From an uncultured Ignavibacterium sp. (GTDB taxonomy: Bacteria; Bacteroidota; Ignavibacteria; Ignavibacteriales; Ignavibacteriaceae): a DNA stretch of 64,000 bases. The translations under genes were made by a program, and so were the position numbers. The stretch covers positions 1,677 to 65,676 of the forward strand of contig CALEBT010000044.1 in assembly GCA_937942875.1 (NCBI GenBank), given 5' to 3'. How positions within the stretch are numbered: the first letter of the stretch is position 1; each line of letters opens with the position of its first letter. Below, piece by piece: positions 60,625 to 64,000 of the stretch. Under the pieces are notes generated by a model, which was given only the letters and a program-made list of their open reading frames with translations, did no database searches and had not been told where the DNA came from.

Positions 60625-60785
60625 AAATAAAGAGCATTAATTATGGTTGACGAAAAAACAAATTTTTTTCGGACTTAAAAAATAATAATTATTTTAACTT
60701 ATGCAAAATTTTTCTTAAATAAATTTGTACTTTAAATAGTTAATATTTAATGAAAAGGTTAATAATTGATATTAAATAACAGATT

Positions 60786-62324
60786 TTAGTGTTTCCAGAG
60801 TTCTCTGTCAAGACTTCTGTATTGAATTGCTTCACTTAAATGTTGGGGAAGGATTCTTTCGCTTGTGTCTAAATCGGCAATCGTCCTGCTGACCTTCAAA
60901 ATTCTATCATACGCTCTGGCTGAGAGACCAAGTTTAGTCATTGCCATCTTCAACAATTCTTCGCCAGCCGAGTCAATTTGGCAAAATTCTTTTATTTCTT
61001 TAGAGCCCATATCTGCATTTGAAAAAATGTGTTTAATACCAGCAAATCTTCTTTGTTGTATTTCACGAGCAGAGATAACCCGCTCTCTAATTACTTCAGA
61101 TTTCTCTCCGGAATTTTTGGATGCTAATTCTTTATATTTTACTGCGGGGACTTCAATATGAATATCAATTCTATCTAAAAGCGGTCCGGATATTTTTGCC
61201 ATATACTTTTGAATCTGAACTGAAGTGCAGGTGCATTCTTTAGACGGGTCTGTATAAAAACCACACGGACAGGGATTCATTGCGGCAGCTAACATAAAAT
61301 TTGCAGGAAATTCTAAGGACATTTTAGAACGAGATACAGTTACCTTAAAATCTTCTAATGGCTGGCGCAATACTTCAAGAACATTCTTTTTAAATTCAGG
61401 TAGCTCATCTAAAAATAGAACTCCGTGATGAGCAAATGAAACTTCCCCAGGTTTAGGGAAAGAACCTCCACCAACTAATGCAGCATCAGAAACTGTATGG
61501 TGTGGACTGCGAAATGGTCTTTCTGTTACAATAGCTTTTTCTCGTGAAAGGATTCCGGCAATAGAGTGAATTTTAGTGGTTTCTAAAGCTTCTTCAAAAG
61601 TCATTGGAGGCAAAATAGTAGGGATTCTTTTTGCGAGCATTGTTTTTCCGGAGCCGGGCGGTCCGATCATAATTATATTGTGAGCTCCCGCAGCAGCAAC
61701 TTCTAATGCTCTTTTTACATTCTCCTGACCTTTTACATCAGCAAAATCCAGGTTGTATTTATTTATTACAGAGAATAAGTCGGTTTTATCGACGGTGGTT
61801 TTTTCAATCTTTAAATCATCATTTAGGAAAGATATTACCTCAGACAGATTATTAAGCCCATAAACATCTACTCCATCAACAATAGCTGCTTCATTTGCAG
61901 ATTCGGTAGGCAGGATTATTCTTTTAATACCTTTACTCTTTGCTTCAACTGCAATGGGAAGTGCTCCTTTTATATGTCTTAGAGTTCCATCTAACGAAAG
62001 TTCACCAAGAAAAATTGTATCGAGTAAAGAATCCTGTTGAACCAAATCTATAGCTGACAAAATTCCAATAGCAATCGGGAGATCAAAAGCACTTCCTTCT
62101 TTTTTGATATCGGCCGGAGCAAGATTTATTGTGATTTTCTTTATGGGAAAATCTATACCAGAATTTTTTATTGCAGCGATTACCCTTTCACGGCTTTCTT
62201 TTACAGCGTTATCTGGCAATCCAACAATTATAAACCCAGGAATTTGTTTTTCGACGTGAGCTTCAACTTCAACAAGATAAGCTTCTATTCCATAAGTTGC
62301 ACTGCTAAGAACTTTTGATAGCAT
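60786..62324 (-). CDS. comM: YifB/ComM Mg-chelatase-like AAA+ ATPase
   Basis: [42 protein letters not shown]; ATG 62324 preferred over GTG 62336. Confidence 0.9.
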   Translation of the reverse strand: MLSKVLSSATYGIEAYLVEVEAHVEKQIPGFIIVGLPDNAVKESRERVIAAIKNSGIDFPIKKITINLAPADIKKEGSAFDLPIAIGILSAIDLVQQDSLLDTIFLGELSLDGTLRHIKGALPIAVEAKSKGIKRIILPTESANEAAIVDGVDVYGLNNLSEVISFLNDDLKIEKTTVDKTDLFSVINKYNLDFADVKGQENVKRALEVAAAGAHNIIMIGPPGSGKTMLAKRIPTILPPMTFEEALETTKIHSIAGILSREKAIVTERPFRSPHHTVSDAALVGGGSFPKPGEVSFAHHGVLFLDELPEFKKNVLEVLRQPLEDFKVTVSRSKMSLEFPANFMLAAAMNPCPCGFYTDPSKECTCTSVQIQKYMAKISGPLLDRIDIHIEVPAVKYKELASKNSGEKSEVIRERVISAREIQQRRFAGIKHIFSNADMGSKEIKEFCQIDSAGEELLKMAMTKLGLSARAYDRILKVSRTIADLDTSERILPQHLSEAIQYRSLDRELWKH

Positions 62325-62363
62325 TATTTTACTCACTCATAAGGAGTGATTTTAGAAATTGAA

Positions 62364-62873
62364 TTATTTATATTTCCTCAAAAATTCTATTCTGTCCTGA
62401 AGTTGATCAACCGGTACTAACAATTTATCTTTTCCATAAATTGCATCATCACGATTTGTGAATGCTAATTCATAATCTTTGCTCATTACAATCGCTTCTT
62501 CCGGACAAACTTCTTCGCACAATCCACAAAAGATGCATCGCAACATATTAATTTCAAACTTTTCAGGATATCTTTCTTTTTCTCTCTCTGTCTCAGCAGC
62601 CTGAACTTCGATGGCTAATGCAGGACAGACACGTGAGCATAAACCGCAAGCTACACATCTTTCATCCCCTGAACGTTCCATAACTAACACTGGTCTGCCT
62701 CTGTAGGACGCAGGGGGAATGAATTTTTCTTCAGGATATTCCATTGTGAATTTAGGTCTGAGCATATTTTTCATTGTAAGGGACAGACCTTTAATTATTT
62801 CAGGTATGTAAATCCTTTGCCAGAATGTTAAATCTTTTTTACGCTTCTTTAATGAATTATTTATTTGAGTCAT
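62364..62873 (-). CDS. nuoI: NADH-quinone oxidoreductase subunit I
   Basis: CVACGLC...CP and CIFCGLC...CP; start moved to ATG 62873 after GGAG. Confidence 0.93.
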   Translation of the reverse strand: MTQINNSLKKRKKDLTFWQRIYIPEIIKGLSLTMKNMLRPKFTMEYPEEKFIPPASYRGRPVLVMERSGDERCVACGLCSRVCPALAIEVQAAETEREKERYPEKFEINMLRCIFCGLCEEVCPEEAIVMSKDYELAFTNRDDAIYGKDKLLVPVDQLQDRIEFLRKYK

Positions 62874-62896
62874 TTGCACTCCAAAAACATTTCTGA

Positions 62897-63928
62897 TTAA
62901 ATCTTGAAAATCATTATTAAGGCTGCAACCCAAACAATGTTAATAAGTGATAACGGGAACATAACTTTCCAGCCTAAGTTCATCAACTGATCATATCTGA
63001 ATCGTGGAATACTCCAACGTATCCATATAAAGAAAAACAGTAAAGCACCCATTTTAACAAAGAATGAAGTAATCTGAATCACTGTAATTAACCAAGCAGG
63101 AAGACTTAAAGTTTCAATATATGGAACGTGCCATCCGCCAAGATATAAAGTAACAATCAAAGCAGAGGCAATAATCATATTGGCATATTCTGCAAGGAAG
63201 AAAGCTGCAAATTTCATAGAGCTATATTCTGTATGAAATCCTCCGACTAATTCTGGTTCCGCTTCTGGCAAATCAAATGGTAATCTGTTTGTTTCAGCAA
63301 AAGCAGAGACAACAAAAGTTATAAATCCTATCGGTTGAATAAATGCATTCCACATCCAGCCAGCCTGTGAGTTAACTATGTCAATTGGTCTTAATGATTC
63401 CGCAAGAAGTAAAACACCACCAATTGAAAATCCCATTGAAATTTCATAAGAAATCATTTGAGCCGAAGAACGAATTCCACCGAGAAGTGAATATTTGCTT
63501 CCTGATGACCAGCCTGCAAATGTTATTGCATAAACTCCTAATGATGTTAATGCTAAGACATAAAGAATTCCCATATTGATATCTGCCACGACTAATTGAA
63601 TTTCGTAGCCAAATACATTTATATCAGGACCAATGGGAATAACTGCATAAGTTGTAAATGCAACAAAGAGTGCAATCATTGGAGCAATTGCGTGAACATA
63701 TTTGTTAGCTCTTTCTGGAACAATATCCTCTTTTAACAAAAGCTTGAAAACATCTGCAAAAGGTTGAAGAATACCCTGCCATCCGACACGATTCGGACCA
63801 AGACGATTCTGTGCCCAGGCACTGATTTTCCTTTCAAAATAAACAGAATATGAAACAGTGAGCAACATCGCCGTGAGTATGAAAAGTATTTTAATAATTG
63901 TAATAATTACTATTTCAAGTATGCTCAT
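62897..63928 (-). CDS. nuoH: NADH-quinone oxidoreductase subunit H
   Basis: ERK.....[31 protein letters not shown]. Confidence 0.97.
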   Translation of the reverse strand: MSILEIVIITIIKILFILTAMLLTVSYSVYFERKISAWAQNRLGPNRVGWQGILQPFADVFKLLLKEDIVPERANKYVHAIAPMIALFVAFTTYAVIPIGPDINVFGYEIQLVVADINMGILYVLALTSLGVYAITFAGWSSGSKYSLLGGIRSSAQMISYEISMGFSIGGVLLLAESLRPIDIVNSQAGWMWNAFIQPIGFITFVVSAFAETNRLPFDLPEAEPELVGGFHTEYSSMKFAAFFLAEYANMIIASALIVTLYLGGWHVPYIETLSLPAWLITVIQITSFFVKMGALLFFFIWIRWSIPRFRYDQLMNLGWKVMFPLSLINIVWVAALIMIFKI

Positions 63929-63952
63929 AAATTCTCCTGTATCAGAATTACA

Positions 63953-64000
63953 TTAAATTTTAACTTTATCAAAAGATAATTCCTTGCCAAGCAAACCTAT
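63953..64000 (-). CDS. 3' end of an upstream gene (possibly NuoG-like), truncated by the window edge
   Basis: Open frame ...IGLLGKELSFDKVKI*; identity inferred only from position before nuoH. Confidence 0.35.
   Translation of the reverse strand: MGLLGKELSFDKVKI

Noticed and set aside
62333-62349. Small hairpin TCACTC-N5-GAGTGA between nuoI and comM
   Set aside because: A 6-bp stem with no U-tract on the coding strand; too weak to call.

Overview
AT-rich chromosomal window from a bacterium most likely in class Ignavibacteria (Bacteroidota/Chlorobiota group). This is inferred from the region-1.1-less FCB-type sigma70, bshB1, flagellar genes, secY-map-infA without adk, and TAnnTTTG promoter boxes. 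About 1-18 kb is housekeeping: nadC 5' part, thioesterase, cytochrome c, SIMPL, YyaL, nth, bshB1, fadD, suhB, lon-msrC-dnaX, cmk-rpsA-mtaB. About 18-24 kb is a sigma28/CsrA-controlled late flagellar locus: two near-identical minimal flagellins, fliS-fliD-fliT-like-flgM, a broken MCP and cheW. About 24-30 kb holds engB, a degenerate GAF-GGDEF protein, deoB, a VapBC-like pair, sigma70 and NlpC/P60. 29.8-60.6 kb is a fully contiguous translation/transcription supercluster (tRNAs-rpmG-secE-nusG-rplKAJL-rpoBC-str-S10-spc-alpha), followed by comM and nuoI/nuoH. No transposase, integrase, prophage or CRISPR array was seen. The most notable signals are: an intact tRNA-Gln gene inside the spc operon between rplR and rpsE, a 10-A slippage/frameshift site in dnaX with stops in both shifted frames, a structurally atypical tRNA-Tyr, a tip-less mini-MCP under a sigma28 promoter, GGA-loop CsrA-type hairpins including one at a terminator apex, a candidate rpsA leader switch, and scars of short repeat elements, one of them in-frame inside YyaL. 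All calls come from reading the sequence; no searches were run.
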